From Anaerolineae bacterium (GTDB lineage: Bacteria > Chloroflexota > Anaerolineae > UBA1429): a stretch of 64,000 bases of DNA. This document shows positions 1-9,651 of the stretch, piece by piece. The stretch spans positions 480,001-544,000 of the forward strand of contig OY776562.1 in assembly GCA_963675785.1 (NCBI GenBank), written 5' to 3'. The notes under the pieces are model-generated. The model made no database searches. It was not told the DNA's origin and saw only the letters and a program-made list of their open reading frames with translations. A program made the translations under genes and the position numbers. Each line of letters starts with the position of its first letter. Position 1 is the first letter of the stretch.

Positions 1-1
1 G

Positions 2-679
2 GGGGCTATTTTCGACGACCAGGCTGCCGACATCGACTTCTATGTGCGCGAAGCGCTACGGTACTATACCAATATTGTCTCTCGCTTTGGTGGCCCGGTA
101 CTCAATGCCATTGAAAAGGTCAAAGGCTTGGATATCGAAATCATCGCCCCCTCACATGGCCTGTTGTGGCGCAAGGAACCCATGCGCATTGTAGAGCTCT
201 ACAAGCATTGGGCCGAGCTTGGCCGCACGGGTGGCAATCCCGGTGTGACGCTTTTGTACGGCTCGATGTATGGCAATACAGAGCTCATGATGAATGCGGT
301 GGCCGATGGTATCGGTAGCACGGGCCTGCCCCTAGAGATATTTGATGTGGCTCGCACACACAGCAGCTATATTTTGCCGGCTCTGTGGATGAACAAGGGA
401 GTCATGATCGGTGCCCCCACCTACGAAGTGGGTGTTTTCCCGCCTATGGGGCAGGCATTGCACATGGCTTTTGAGAAACGCATCAGTGGCAAAGTGGCGG
501 CTCAATTCGGCAGCTATGGCTGGAGCGGCGGAGCTTTGAAGGCAGTTCAGCAGATCATCGAACCACTCAAGTGGACCTGGCAGGGTGAGTTTGAATGGCG
601 AGGGGCCCCAGATACAGTCTTGCTTCAGCAGGGTTTCGAGTTTGGTAAGAAATTCGCCGAGGCCGTTGCAGAGAGTTAG
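2..679 (+). CDS. fprA: Flavodiiron protein (FprA/A-type flavoprotein), 5'-truncated by window edge
   Basis: Frame is open from position 2 (GAIFDDQ...YYTNIV). IAPSHG metallo-beta-lactamase motif, then flavodoxin domain motifs YGSMYGNTE, GAPT, FGSYGWSGG. Confidence 0.9.
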   Translation, partial: GAIFDDQAADIDFYVREALRYYTNIVSRFGGPVLNAIEKVKGLDIEIIAPSHGLLWRKEPMRIVELYKHWAELGRTGGNPGVTLLYGSMYGNTELMMNAVADGIGSTGLPLEIFDVARTHSSYILPALWMNKGVMIGAPTYEVGVFPPMGQALHMAFEKRISGKVAAQFGSYGWSGGALKAVQQIIEPLKWTWQGEFEWRGAPDTVLLQQGFEFGKKFAEAVAES

Positions 680-686
680 CGCGTTG

Positions 687-726
687 AAAAAAGCGCAGGA
701 GAGATTTCTCTCCTGCGCTTTTTTTT
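687..726 (+). terminator. Intrinsic terminator after fprA
   Basis: AAGCGCAGGAGAG/CTCTCCTGCGCTT inverted repeat with flanking A and T runs. Confidence 0.85.
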
Positions 727-849
727 GTTGTGAATCGCCCGACGATTGTTGCAATATGACATAACTATTGAATGAAGGACATGCGCATCTTATAATAGGG
801 GTAACAGGGTGTGCACTTGCACGCCTGTGCCAAGGAGAGGAGGCGCTCC

Positions 850-1191
850 ATGTCGCTATTCTACTCATTGCACGTTTACAACCTCAAGCCCGGCGTTATG
901 CACAGCGAATTTGAAACTTTTATGACCACAGAGTGGATTCCCTACATCATGAGCAGGCCTGGATGCAAAGGGACGACCTTGCTTCGAGGGTACAGAGGCG
1001 AGTGGATGGAGCACAAGATGGACTATGCAACGCTAGAGATATGGACCAGCGCTCACGTCAATCGCGAAGCGTGGGGTGGTCCCAAGAGCACATGGGTGAC
1101 GCCGGAAGAGATGCAACCCTTTATGGAGCGGTTCCACTCGTATATCCAGCCCGATTCCTTCCGGACCTACGAGTTTGACCATGTCATGTAG
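850..1191 (+). CDS. Small hypothetical protein, probably dimeric alpha-beta barrel (ABM/NIPSNAP-like)
   Basis: ATG at 850 after GGAGAGGAGG. The pattern YNLKPG..EFE..W.P....PG...Y...EIW.S resembles ABM-like proteins. Confidence 0.65.
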   Translation: MSLFYSLHVYNLKPGVMHSEFETFMTTEWIPYIMSRPGCKGTTLLRGYRGEWMEHKMDYATLEIWTSAHVNREAWGGPKSTWVTPEEMQPFMERFHSYIQPDSFRTYEFDHVM

Positions 1192-1203
1192 TGCCACCAT
1201 ATA

Positions 1204-1247
1204 CAAAAGAAAGAGGCCCTCGTTTTTGCGAGAGCCTCTTTTGTTTG
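1204..1247. terminator. Bidirectional terminator between convergent genes
   Basis: AAAGAGGC..CTCG/CGAG..GCCTCTTT imperfect inverted repeat with A- and T-rich flanks. Confidence 0.7.
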
Positions 1248-1260
1248 ATGGTCGAGCCGA

Positions 1261-2178
1261 TTATTCGACGGCACCCAGATGGGCGCTGCGGAACGACTTG
1301 GAGCCGCTGACATAGCCGCCGGATACAACCTTGCCCGAGCTGCCAAAGAGGCGCATCTTATGGCGCACAACTTCTTTGACGGCGTCACGAGACTGGATCA
1401 AGAGCTTACGGGGATCGACGTTGCCCGGGAGCTCTTCAATGGCCTTCAGCAAGCCCTCAGTAAAGGCCTGGTTCAACATGGTGGCGACATTGACCTTGGC
1501 GATGCCGTACTGGATGGCCTCGACTTCACTTTCCTCGGTAACACCAGAGGAGCCGTGAAGCACCAGGGGAATATCGATCTCAGCGGCGATGGCCTTGATG
1601 CGGGCGATATCAAGCTCAGCCTTGGCTTCCTTCATGGCATGAACGGAACCCACAGCCACGGCCAGCGAGTCGACACCGGTGCGGGCGACGAAATCTTTGG
1701 CCTGAGAAGGATCAGTCATGGCATGTTGTACATCTTCGGCAGTTACGCCGTCGGTGCTCTGCAACACCTTGCCCAGCTCGGCCTCAACGGGAATGCCACA
1801 AACATGGGCGATGTGACAGACTCGGGAGGTGGTGGCAATGTTCTCTTCGTACGGCGCCTTGGAACCGTCGTACATCAATGACGTGAACCCTGCCCGGAGG
1901 CAGCGAATGTTCTGATCAAAGTCAGAGCCGTGATCCAGATGAAGCACAACAGGCACGTCAGCTTCTTCAGCGGCGATGCGGACCATGGCTGAAGCAAAAC
2001 CGAGACCAGCGTAACGAATGGCTCCCTGGCTAACCTGTAGAATGACGGGAGCATGCTCTTCAACAGCGGCGTCAACAATGCCCTGCACCTGCTCCATATT
2101 GTTGGCGTTGAACGCGCCTACGGCATAGTGGCCTTCGCGGGCCGCCTGTAGCATTTCCTTACTCGTTACGAGTGGCAT
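1261..2178 (-). CDS. fba: Class II fructose-bisphosphate aldolase
   Basis: MPLV..YAVGAFN, HLDH, VEAELG, LHGSSG, KVNVAT, DPRK motifs. AAGGAG RBS before the ATG at 2178. Confidence 0.93.
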   Translation of the reverse strand: MPLVTSKEMLQAAREGHYAVGAFNANNMEQVQGIVDAAVEEHAPVILQVSQGAIRYAGLGFASAMVRIAAEEADVPVVLHLDHGSDFDQNIRCLRAGFTSLMYDGSKAPYEENIATTSRVCHIAHVCGIPVEAELGKVLQSTDGVTAEDVQHAMTDPSQAKDFVARTGVDSLAVAVGSVHAMKEAKAELDIARIKAIAAEIDIPLVLHGSSGVTEESEVEAIQYGIAKVNVATMLNQAFTEGLLKAIEELPGNVDPRKLLIQSRDAVKEVVRHKMRLFGSSGKVVSGGYVSGSKSFRSAHLGAVE

Positions 2179-2231
2179 AGTATTGCTCCTTGATTCCTTA
2201 CTTTTAACGCCCGGCAAATCGTCGTCTCGAC

Positions 2232-2268
2232 AAAAAAAGCGAGCCAAACCCCACGGGATTGGCCCTGC
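2232..2268 (-). terminator. Intrinsic terminator downstream of tRNA-Leu
   Basis: Minus strand GGGCCAATCCC-GTG-GGGTTTGGCTC hairpin followed by T7. Confidence 0.6.
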
Positions 2269-2319
2269 CTTTTAAATGCGGAACACTCTGCGCGCCCGTC
2301 ATCGCGAAACTCGATTGAG

Positions 2320-2403
2320 TGCCGAAGGTGGGATTTGAACCCACAAGAAGTTTACCTTCAGTGGTTTTTGAGACCACCGCGTATGCCGTTCCGCCACTTC
2401 GGC
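2320..2403 (-). tRNA. tRNA-Leu (CAA), 3' CCA not encoded
   Basis: Minus strand: GCCGAAG/CTTCGGC-A acceptor stem, TGGCGGAACGGCATACGC D arm, GTGGT-CTCAAAA-ACCAC anticodon arm, long variable arm, GTGGG-TTCAAAT-CCCAC T arm. Confidence 0.96.
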
Positions 2404-2510
2404 TAACCGAGCGCAAGTATAACCCACCTGTTGCATAAGGTCAAGTTTGTCATGTGCTGTTAGGTCGGTTACACTGTGGTCGGTCGTTTCCAGAGTATGG
2501 CATGGAGAAC

Positions 2511-3104
2511 ATGGACGAACAAGCTCTGGTTGCTGCGGCTGCCGAGGGTGATGTCGATGCCTTTAATGATCTCGTTATCGAATACCAGCAGCTCGCTTTC
2601 AACGTAGCCTACCGCATTCTCGGTGATCCCGAGCGTGCTTCTGATGCCACGCAGGATGCCTTTCTGCGCGGCTTTCGTGCGTTGTACCAATTTCGCGGAG
2701 GATCCTTCAAGGCCTGGATACTCCGTATTGTCACCAATTGCAGTTATGATCAGCTTCGGGCCAGGCAGCGCAAGCCAAGTACCCCCATTGACGATTTGGT
2801 GGAAGATGACGAGCACAGTACTCTCCTCGAGGATGATCGCGAAAGTCCCGAAGATTGGGTTGGGCGCTCAGAGTTGGCAGCTGTTATTCAGCGCGGCATT
2901 GCCAAACTACCTCCCGAACAACGCACTGTCATCATTCTGAGTGATATTGAAGGCATGTCTTATGAAGAGATCGCCGATGTCACTGTGGTGTCTTTGGGAA
3001 CGGTAAAGTCTCGCCTTAGCCGCGCGCGGGCCAAGATGCGTGATTATCTGGCGGATTTCCGGGAACTTTTGCCCAATGCTGACCGTCTATTTGGCGATAG
3101 TTAG
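2511..3104 (+). CDS. ECF RNA polymerase sigma factor (SigW/RpoE-like)
   Basis: Region 2 (AFNDLV, D.TQDAFL, FKAWILRI..N) and region 4 (LPPEQR, MSYEEIA, GTVKSRLSRAR). GGAG before the ATG at 2511; start could be 2502. Confidence 0.92.
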   Translation: MDEQALVAAAAEGDVDAFNDLVIEYQQLAFNVAYRILGDPERASDATQDAFLRGFRALYQFRGGSFKAWILRIVTNCSYDQLRARQRKPSTPIDDLVEDDEHSTLLEDDRESPEDWVGRSELAAVIQRGIAKLPPEQRTVIILSDIEGMSYEEIADVTVVSLGTVKSRLSRARAKMRDYLADFRELLPNADRLFGDS

Positions 3105-3129
3105 AATACATTTGCAGGTGGGATAGAGT

Positions 3130-4197
3130 ATGGTCGGCCTTTCTTTTAGGCGTCAACACAAGTGGGCACAAGAAAATCTATCAACCTTTGTTGATGGACG
3201 CCTTTCTGCTAAAGAGGTGAACCGCCTCAAGGGCCATGTTGAAGATTGCCCGGTATGTCAGAGAGATGTGGCTACTTTGCGAGCGACAAAAGAATTACTC
3301 GCTGGGCTGCCTATGGTGGCTGTCCCCCGTTCGTTTATCCTTCCCGCCTCCGTAGCGCCAGAGCAAAATAAATATCGCCGAACCACGCGTATGTTTGCGG
3401 TAATGCGAACCACCACCGTGAGCGCGGCGGCTCTTTTCTTGTTAACTTTTGCTGGTTCTGCCTATTTGAGCGGTTCGTACTCGCTCTCTATGGCTTCTCG
3501 GGGCGCCGATACAGCCCCTCCCGTTGCAGATACCACATCTGAAAATGAACCTCCTCTTCAGGCTGTTGCACCAGCTATACCAGATTATACTGAGGATACT
3601 TTGTCAACTGCTGATGCGACAGAAGATGGCAAAACGCCAGATGTTCTCTTACTTGACGAAGAACCTGTGACTGACGCATTGGCTGAAGTTGCCGGGCCCC
3701 AAGCTGAGAGTACTGTCGCCGTTGCCGAAGCAGCGACACCTACCATTGAAGGTATGGTTGGCGCTTATGGTGGTGGGGGTATAGCCACATCAAGCGTAAC
3801 AGAGGGTGATGCGGGTATCGATGTAGATTCGGTGAGCTTGGCTGAGCCGATTGTCATGTTGCCTGAAGAAATCCTGTTTGGCAGTTCGACTGAAAGCAAT
3901 TCGGAGACTGACGACACTTCCGTCACAAATCAAGCTCCCAATCTTGATACGAATATAGATGCTGCCACAAACCAAGTCGAACCTACCCGGGTTGCTGAAG
4001 CGATTGCACCTGTTACGGAGACAACTCGGGCTGTTGACTTGGAGGCTACAAACGCTACAGATGATGTAATAGAGCAAGAGAATTCTTCTGCCCAGACCAT
4101 CGTGACCTTGCGGATTATTGCTGGTGTACTGGGGGGCATATTGCTCATCGCCCTTGCTGGGCTGCTCTGGTTCGGCACCGCGCGCCGTACGATCTAG
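3130..4197 (+). CDS. Zinc-binding (zf-HC2) membrane anti-sigma factor
   Basis: HVEDCPVC (HxxxCxxC) motif, a TM helix, a long acidic low-complexity region and a C-terminal TM helix. Directly downstream of the ECF sigma. Confidence 0.85.
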   Translation: MVGLSFRRQHKWAQENLSTFVDGRLSAKEVNRLKGHVEDCPVCQRDVATLRATKELLAGLPMVAVPRSFILPASVAPEQNKYRRTTRMFAVMRTTTVSAAALFLLTFAGSAYLSGSYSLSMASRGADTAPPVADTTSENEPPLQAVAPAIPDYTEDTLSTADATEDGKTPDVLLLDEEPVTDALAEVAGPQAESTVAVAEAATPTIEGMVGAYGGGGIATSSVTEGDAGIDVDSVSLAEPIVMLPEEILFGSSTESNSETDDTSVTNQAPNLDTNIDAATNQVEPTRVAEAIAPVTETTRAVDLEATNATDDVIEQENSSAQTIVTLRIIAGVLGGILLIALAGLLWFGTARRTI

Positions 4198-4239
4198 CAC
4201 TTGGATTGGCCCCGTCTGCGTAAGGATGGGCCCGAATAG

Positions 4240-4280
4240 AAAGAGCACAGGATACACAACGTATCTTGTGCTCTTTGTTT
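4240..4280 (+). terminator. Intrinsic terminator after sigma/anti-sigma operon
   Basis: AAAGAGCACAGGATAC/GTATCTTGTGCTCTTT inverted repeat plus T tail. Confidence 0.8.
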
Positions 4281-4459
4281 ATGTTTCAACATGTGTTCAC
4301 ACCTCGCGAAAAAGCTATCCGCTCCAGCATATCCACAATTGAGCATTCTGGGGGTGGTAATTGTAGTTTCTACTGCTATGACCTATAAGAAAAGGTAGTG
4401 ACGTATTCGTGTTGCCGATGATCGATCTGTGGGATATTGAGCGCGTGGAGCCATAACAA

Positions 4460-5446
4460 ATGAAGAATATGGATACTGACAGTTTGTTGAGCTGGCTTCT
4501 GGAGGAGAACAATCCTTCAGTGAGGTATTTCACCCTAAGGTTTCTTCTTGATAAGAAAGAAGACGACGCCGAGGTGGTACGCGCAAGATCGGATATTCTG
4601 GAATCAAAGCCGGTACTCGAAATTCTCAATGGCCAATCCGAAGAAGGCTATTGGCATAATCCCCAACGGTACATGAAACGCTATGAGGGAACATTTTGGC
4701 ATTTCATCCTTTTGCTTGAGCTGGGCGTTGACCCAAAAGACCCCAGGGTGCAAAAAACGGCTCAATATCTACTGGAAACGGCATACAGTTTCAACAAGCA
4801 CGGTTTTGTCAACGAGATCGAGTCTGATCCAGTGCCTTGTTACAACAGCTATTTCCTGTGGGCCATGCTTCGTTGCGGTTTTTATGATAAAACTCAGGTT
4901 CAGGATTGCATACAAGGCATTATCGATACGATGCAATTCAATGATGGAGATGCTCAGGTCAATACCCCTGATCATGGTTGCATCGGAAAACATACCTGTA
5001 TTCGTGGTGCCGTGCCTGTTTTGCGAGCCTTTGTCGAGCTAGCCAAAACAGATGACTCTCCAGCCGTGCAACGAATTATTGCTGAAGGTCAAGAGTTTTT
5101 GCTCATACATCACCTGTACAAGAGAAGCCATGCTCTGAACAAGACCATAAACCCCAGACTGACGAGGCTTACCTTTCCCAATTTTTACTACCCGGATTTC
5201 TTGCAGATGCTAGAGCTCTTGCTGGATTCTGGCTGCAAGGATGAAAGAATGTGTGACGCTTACGCTGCTTTGCTCAAAAAGCAAAAAGAAGACGGGAAAT
5301 GGGAATTGGAAAGGGTGTGTAATGAACGCGGCAAAGACGATCTATTCCCGGTGCCGATCGTGCTAGAAGAGAGAAATACAAAAAGCAAGTGGGTAACTCT
5401 TCGGGCGTTGAAGGTTATGAAAGGCTATGGCGATCTGTTCAGGTAA
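4460..5446 (+). CDS. Prenyltransferase/squalene-cyclase-repeat (alpha/alpha barrel) protein of unknown function
   Basis: WLLEE.NPSVRY start, QW-like repeats (GQSEEGYW, KQKEDGKW), FP.FY..D.L and SKWVTLRAL end typical of this uncharacterised family. Confidence 0.7.
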   Translation: MKNMDTDSLLSWLLEENNPSVRYFTLRFLLDKKEDDAEVVRARSDILESKPVLEILNGQSEEGYWHNPQRYMKRYEGTFWHFILLLELGVDPKDPRVQKTAQYLLETAYSFNKHGFVNEIESDPVPCYNSYFLWAMLRCGFYDKTQVQDCIQGIIDTMQFNDGDAQVNTPDHGCIGKHTCIRGAVPVLRAFVELAKTDDSPAVQRIIAEGQEFLLIHHLYKRSHALNKTINPRLTRLTFPNFYYPDFLQMLELLLDSGCKDERMCDAYAALLKKQKEDGKWELERVCNERGKDDLFPVPIVLEERNTKSKWVTLRALKVMKGYGDLFR

Positions 5447-5599
5447 TGATTTCCGGTTGCCCCGACAAGATGCTGCGATTATGCCAGACATCTTGTCTCG
5501 ACGATGCTCTTCTTTTGGTCAGTCTGCGTTGCGGCTGCTATAATCAAGAGCGTGTGAAATTGTCTGATCGTGTTCTTTTGCGTTAGTTGGAGGCTTTAC

Positions 5600-6511
5600 T
5601 TGGCCCGTAAAGAATTGCGTGATAGCTTGACCAAGACCCGCCAGTCTTTTTTTGGACGAATCGCGGGCCTTTTTCGCGAAGAAAAGATCACTCAGGATAC
5701 CTGGGATGAGTTGGAAATGCTCCTCATCCAGGGGGATGTGGGGGTAGAAACCACTGTCGAGTTGGTCGAGTTTCTGCGTAATGAAGTCGAATCTGGTAGG
5801 GCACGGACGCCTGAAGAAGTTCAGGCGCTACTCAAGTCGCGCTTGAGAGCCATTCTCAAACGTGTGGAGCGCAACTATCTCTATGGTAAGCGCGATCTCG
5901 ATGTGGTCTTTGTAGTAGGGGTGAATGGCTCGGGTAAAACCACCAGCATTGCCAAGCTAGCCAAATTTCACCAGGATCGCGGTGAAAAGGTTATGCTGGC
6001 TGCGGCAGATACGTTTAGGGCTGCCGCTATCGATCAGATCAAGATCTGGGGTGACCGATTGGGTGTAGAGGTTATTGCCCATCAGCCCAATGCGGACCCT
6101 GGCGCTGTGGTGTATGATGCCATGCAGGCGGCCAAGTCGCGCCATGCCGATGTTTTGATTATCGATACGGCAGGGAGACTGCACAATAATTACAACCTTA
6201 TGCAGGAACTCACCAAGGTACGTAACGTAATTTCCAACCAGATGCGCGGGGCCCCTCATGAGACGCTCTTGGTGCTTGATGCGACTACCGGGCAAAATGC
6301 CCTTATGCAGGCTAAAAAGTTCCGCGATGCCGTTGAGCTGACCGGCATCATTCTAGCCAAGCTGGATGGCACGGCCAAGGGCGGTATCGTCTTTGCCATC
6401 GCTAATGAGCTGAACCTGTCCGTGCTGTTTGCTGCTACGGGCGAAAAGGTTGAGGACTGGGCCGAGTTCGATGCCGACGAGTTTGTGGATGGCCTTTTCC
6501 AGGTTTTATAG
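5600..6511 (+). CDS. ftsY: SRP receptor FtsY (short, NG domain only)
   Basis: GVNGSGKTT, DTFRAAA, DTAGR, DATTGQN, AKLDGTAKGG. TTG start after GGAGG. Confidence 0.95.
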   Translation: MARKELRDSLTKTRQSFFGRIAGLFREEKITQDTWDELEMLLIQGDVGVETTVELVEFLRNEVESGRARTPEEVQALLKSRLRAILKRVERNYLYGKRDLDVVFVVGVNGSGKTTSIAKLAKFHQDRGEKVMLAAADTFRAAAIDQIKIWGDRLGVEVIAHQPNADPGAVVYDAMQAAKSRHADVLIIDTAGRLHNNYNLMQELTKVRNVISNQMRGAPHETLLVLDATTGQNALMQAKKFRDAVELTGIILAKLDGTAKGGIVFAIANELNLSVLFAATGEKVEDWAEFDADEFVDGLFQVL

Positions 6512-6523
6512 GAGTATTGAACA

Positions 6524-7625
6524 ATGGATGAATTAACGCCCCGCGTTGAAGACATGCTTCTCGAAATTCGCTCGCTTATGGAGCGTCTTTGACCTTGCCA
6601 GCAAACAGCAGGAAGTAGAAGAATTACATGCTGCAAGCGTGCAGCCGGGCTTTTGGGATAATGCCGAGTCTGCTCAGGGGGTCATGCAAAAGCTCGCCCG
6701 CCTCGAAGCGAATGTCAAAGAGTGGGTTGATTTAGAAGCTCGCGCTGCCGATCTTGCCGAGATGCAGGCTTTGGTGGATGAGAACCCCGACCCCGAGATG
6801 CTGACCGAGCTCGACAGCGAAGTTCGAGATTTGGCCCGGGTTCTGGAGCGTATGCGTCTGAATGTGATGATGTCTGGGCCTCATGATGACGCTGACGCCA
6901 TTCTCGCAATTCATGCGGGGGCGGGCGGCACCGAATCGCAGGATTGGGCTCAGATGCTGTTGCGTATGTATTTGCGCTGGGCAGAGCGGCACGGGTTTCA
7001 GACCGATGTCATCGAGGAGACCGAGGGCGATGAGGCTGGCCTCAAGGGCGCGACAATAGAGATCAAAGGCACCAATGTCTATGGCCTGCTAAAGTCGGAG
7101 AGGGGCGTGCACCGTTTGGTGCGCATCTCTCCTTTTGATAACGCTCACCGTCGGCACACTTCTTTTGTGCTGGTAGAGGTTGTCCCGGATGTGGCCGATG
7201 AGATCGATATTCAAATCGGTCCAGACGACGTGCGTATGGATGTCTTTCATGCTTCGGGACACGGCGGGCAGAATGTGCAAAAGAACTCGACGGCCGTGCG
7301 CCTGACACATATTCCTACGGGTACAGTGGTGTCTTGTCAGAACGAGCGCTCACAATTGCAGAACCGCGAGCGCGCTATGGAAGTGCTCAAATCGCGACTT
7401 TACAGTCTCGAAGTGGAAAAGCAAGAAGAAGAACATGCCAAGCTGCGCGGTGAGCATGTGACAGCCGGTTGGGGGAATCAGATTCGTTCGTATGTACTGC
7501 ATCCCTACCGCATGGTCAAAGACTTGCGTACTGACTGGGAGACTGGTAACACCACGGCCGTGCTGGATGGCGATCTGGATGGGATGATCGAGGCTTATTT
7601 GACGCACAGTGTGGGCCGGAACTGA
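6524..7625 (+). CDS. prfB: Peptide chain release factor 2 with programmed +1 frameshift at 6587-6593
   Basis: ATG 6524 reads 22 codons to CTT-TGA-C with internal GGAG 3 nt upstream. The +1 frame carries GGTESQDW, SPF, GGQ and WGNQIRSY. Confidence 0.96.
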
Positions 7626-7634
7626 TTCAAATGA

Positions 7635-7670
7635 AACGAGGGCACCCGATTGGGTGCCCTCGTTCTGTTT
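7635..7670. terminator. Terminator between convergent prfB and capA-like gene
   Basis: AACGAGGGCACCC/GGGTGCCCTCGTT perfect inverted repeat. Confidence 0.8.
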
Positions 7671-7671
7671 A

Positions 7672-9501
7672 TCAAAAAGTTCCAGGAGATGTTGTCGGTT
7701 CTACTGTTGCTTCAGCGGTTGCTCCCACAGTGGCTTCTATGGTGGCTTCTTCTGTCATCCCTGTCAATGTTGGTGTTGCTGTCGCAGCGGGCACCAGTAC
7801 TGTAGCGGCATTGCCCATCCATCCACTCGTATCAAAAATCGAAGTGAGCAGGCTGATGCGCTCTTCATCCGTGGTTGGGCGCGGCTGGCAATAATCTTCT
7901 AGCGTATAGGTGAGCAATTCGGTAGAGATGTGTTTACCGTCGTAGATGGTGTGCCGGTCAACCATGATCTGCCGGGTTTCGGTGGACCACATTTGGTCAA
8001 AGAACAGGTTGCCCAGGCCATAATGGATGAAACTGCCGTTGTAGAACTCGATGGCCTGCGGATGGTGAGCCTGACTCCCGCTGACGATTTCGGCACCTGC
8101 ATCGACCATGGCGCGAAAATCAGATTGCTGCTCTGCCGTGGGTTCGTAATGATAAAACTCCCAGTATTGGAAGGTTACAATGGGCACATCCACTGTTTCA
8201 GCCAGGATGTTGATCTCTTGCTCCATGTAATCCCAATCGCAACCCAAGCAGCCGGGCTGATCTTCGGTGGCAAAAGCATAGTAGGGGCCTACCGGGTTGC
8301 AGCCCAGGAAGGATAGGGTGTTGCCATGGTTCTCCATGATGGCCGGTTCCTGAGCGTCTTCCAGGTTTTTACCGCCGCCGTAATAGGCCCAACCTTCTTC
8401 ATCGTACATCGCTATGGTCAGAAGCGTAGCTTCGTCACCGTAATCCTGAAAATGGTTGCCTGTCAGCTCGATGATGTCAACGCCGACAGCACGTAATAGT
8501 TCGATGTAATCAGGGTCGCTGCAAAAGACTACGTCATCCTGGTTGGGATCGGGCACTGGACAGTTTTCAGCAAAAGGGATCTCGTTGCTGATATGGGTAA
8601 TATCGGCGCTGGCCAGAGTATCTGAGATGTAGAGTGCTGGGTAGAGGATGCCCTTTGCTTCCATAGCGTTCGCGGTAGCGCGAACCAGCGCCGTAACGCC
8701 GGTCATCACCAGGGTGGTCATCTTTTCCAGGTCGCGGTTGGTGACTTGGGTATTGCCCCAGACGGCCAAATCGTCTTCACTGCCGCTGGCATAAAGGTTG
8801 AGCACCAGCGGATAGGCATCCAGGTCGAGTTCGCGGTCCAGCGGGTTTTGCTCATCCAGATAAAGTACCTTGAGCTGTGAATCCAGCTCGTCAAAGCCAA
8901 CGATGCCCAGGGCTGTCGGGCGCTCATCCCACAATGTATCGATGAGGGCATCGGCTCCTACTATCTCGATATCTGTGCTCTCGGCGGGTTCGCCCAGAAT
9001 GAGGATTAAGGCATCGAGTGTATCTTGTGTAAGGTAAAGTGTGACGGTCTGGCCCTCGCCAAGATCGTTCAGTGCGGCAGCATCGCCGGCCCAAAAGGCC
9101 AACAAACTCTCGGCTGTAATGCTGTCGGTAAGAGTGGGGAAGGCGGCAACGGGCACATACACGTATTGCCCAATCAACATGTCGCCAGTGAGGTTGATAG
9201 CTATGCTGGCGGTATCTTGCTCTGGCGCAAGGGCAGCTGATACGCTATCGGAGATTGCCTCAACAATATTGGCGGGCAGGCCGCCAACTAGGCTGTAAGC
9301 TGGCGTGGGCACTAGAGTAGGTTCGGGCTGATCGATGACCAGAGGCACGTTGGCGCTCGATGTTGGTTGTGTCGTTGCCGTTGCGGGTATGACTGTGCTC
9401 GTCGCAGATTCTTCCACGGGCGTTGCTGTGGCAGTTTCGCCGCAGCCCATGGGGACGAGCATGGCCATAATCAATAGAACTATCAAGATCTTTCGTTGCA
9501 T
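7672..9501 (-). CDS. CapA/PGA_cap family metallophosphoesterase-fold lipoprotein
   Basis: Signal peptide with lipobox (PMG-C), Thr/Pro-rich linkers, GNHFQDYG, GSQAHHPQ, YGLGNLFFDQ motifs. Confidence 0.85.
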   Translation of the reverse strand: MQRKILIVLLIMAMLVPMGCGETATATPVEESATSTVIPATATTQPTSSANVPLVIDQPEPTLVPTPAYSLVGGLPANIVEAISDSVSAALAPEQDTASIAINLTGDMLIGQYVYVPVAAFPTLTDSITAESLLAFWAGDAAALNDLGEGQTVTLYLTQDTLDALILILGEPAESTDIEIVGADALIDTLWDERPTALGIVGFDELDSQLKVLYLDEQNPLDRELDLDAYPLVLNLYASGSEDDLAVWGNTQVTNRDLEKMTTLVMTGVTALVRATANAMEAKGILYPALYISDTLASADITHISNEIPFAENCPVPDPNQDDVVFCSDPDYIELLRAVGVDIIELTGNHFQDYGDEATLLTIAMYDEEGWAYYGGGKNLEDAQEPAIMENHGNTLSFLGCNPVGPYYAFATEDQPGCLGCDWDYMEQEINILAETVDVPIVTFQYWEFYHYEPTAEQQSDFRAMVDAGAEIVSGSQAHHPQAIEFYNGSFIHYGLGNLFFDQMWSTETRQIMVDRHTIYDGKHISTELLTYTLEDYCQPRPTTDEERISLLTSIFDTSGWMGNAATVLVPAATATPTLTGMTEEATIEATVGATAEATVEPTTSPGTF

Positions 9502-9651
9502 ATTTCCTCCCAGGTACGGCCAGTTCTTTCGCGTACTGGTACTAGTTGATGACTACTGGCGTCTATTATACCACCAACGAGTGGCAAAATGCCCATTACG
9601 ACCTCGGCGCGGCCTGCGTTATACTCAGGTTCGCTGTGATTGGAGGCTAAG

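Noticed and set aside
2320-2403. tRNA as an integration site for a mobile element
   Set aside because: No integrase and no duplicated tRNA 3' end were seen in the window.
2204-2416. 70-aa minus-strand ORF as a possible fba leader peptide
   Set aside because: It overlaps the tRNA-Leu gene and its terminator, has no RBS and no informative codon run.
4330-4410. GTTTCTAC purine-riboswitch-like core and a near DnaA box
   Set aside because: The flanking stems and loop motifs of the purine aptamer are absent. A single imperfect DnaA box is expected by chance.
6546-6590. ORF-track N-terminus MKTCFSKF of RF2
   Set aside because: Artefact of the programmed frameshift; the real start is 6524 in another frame.
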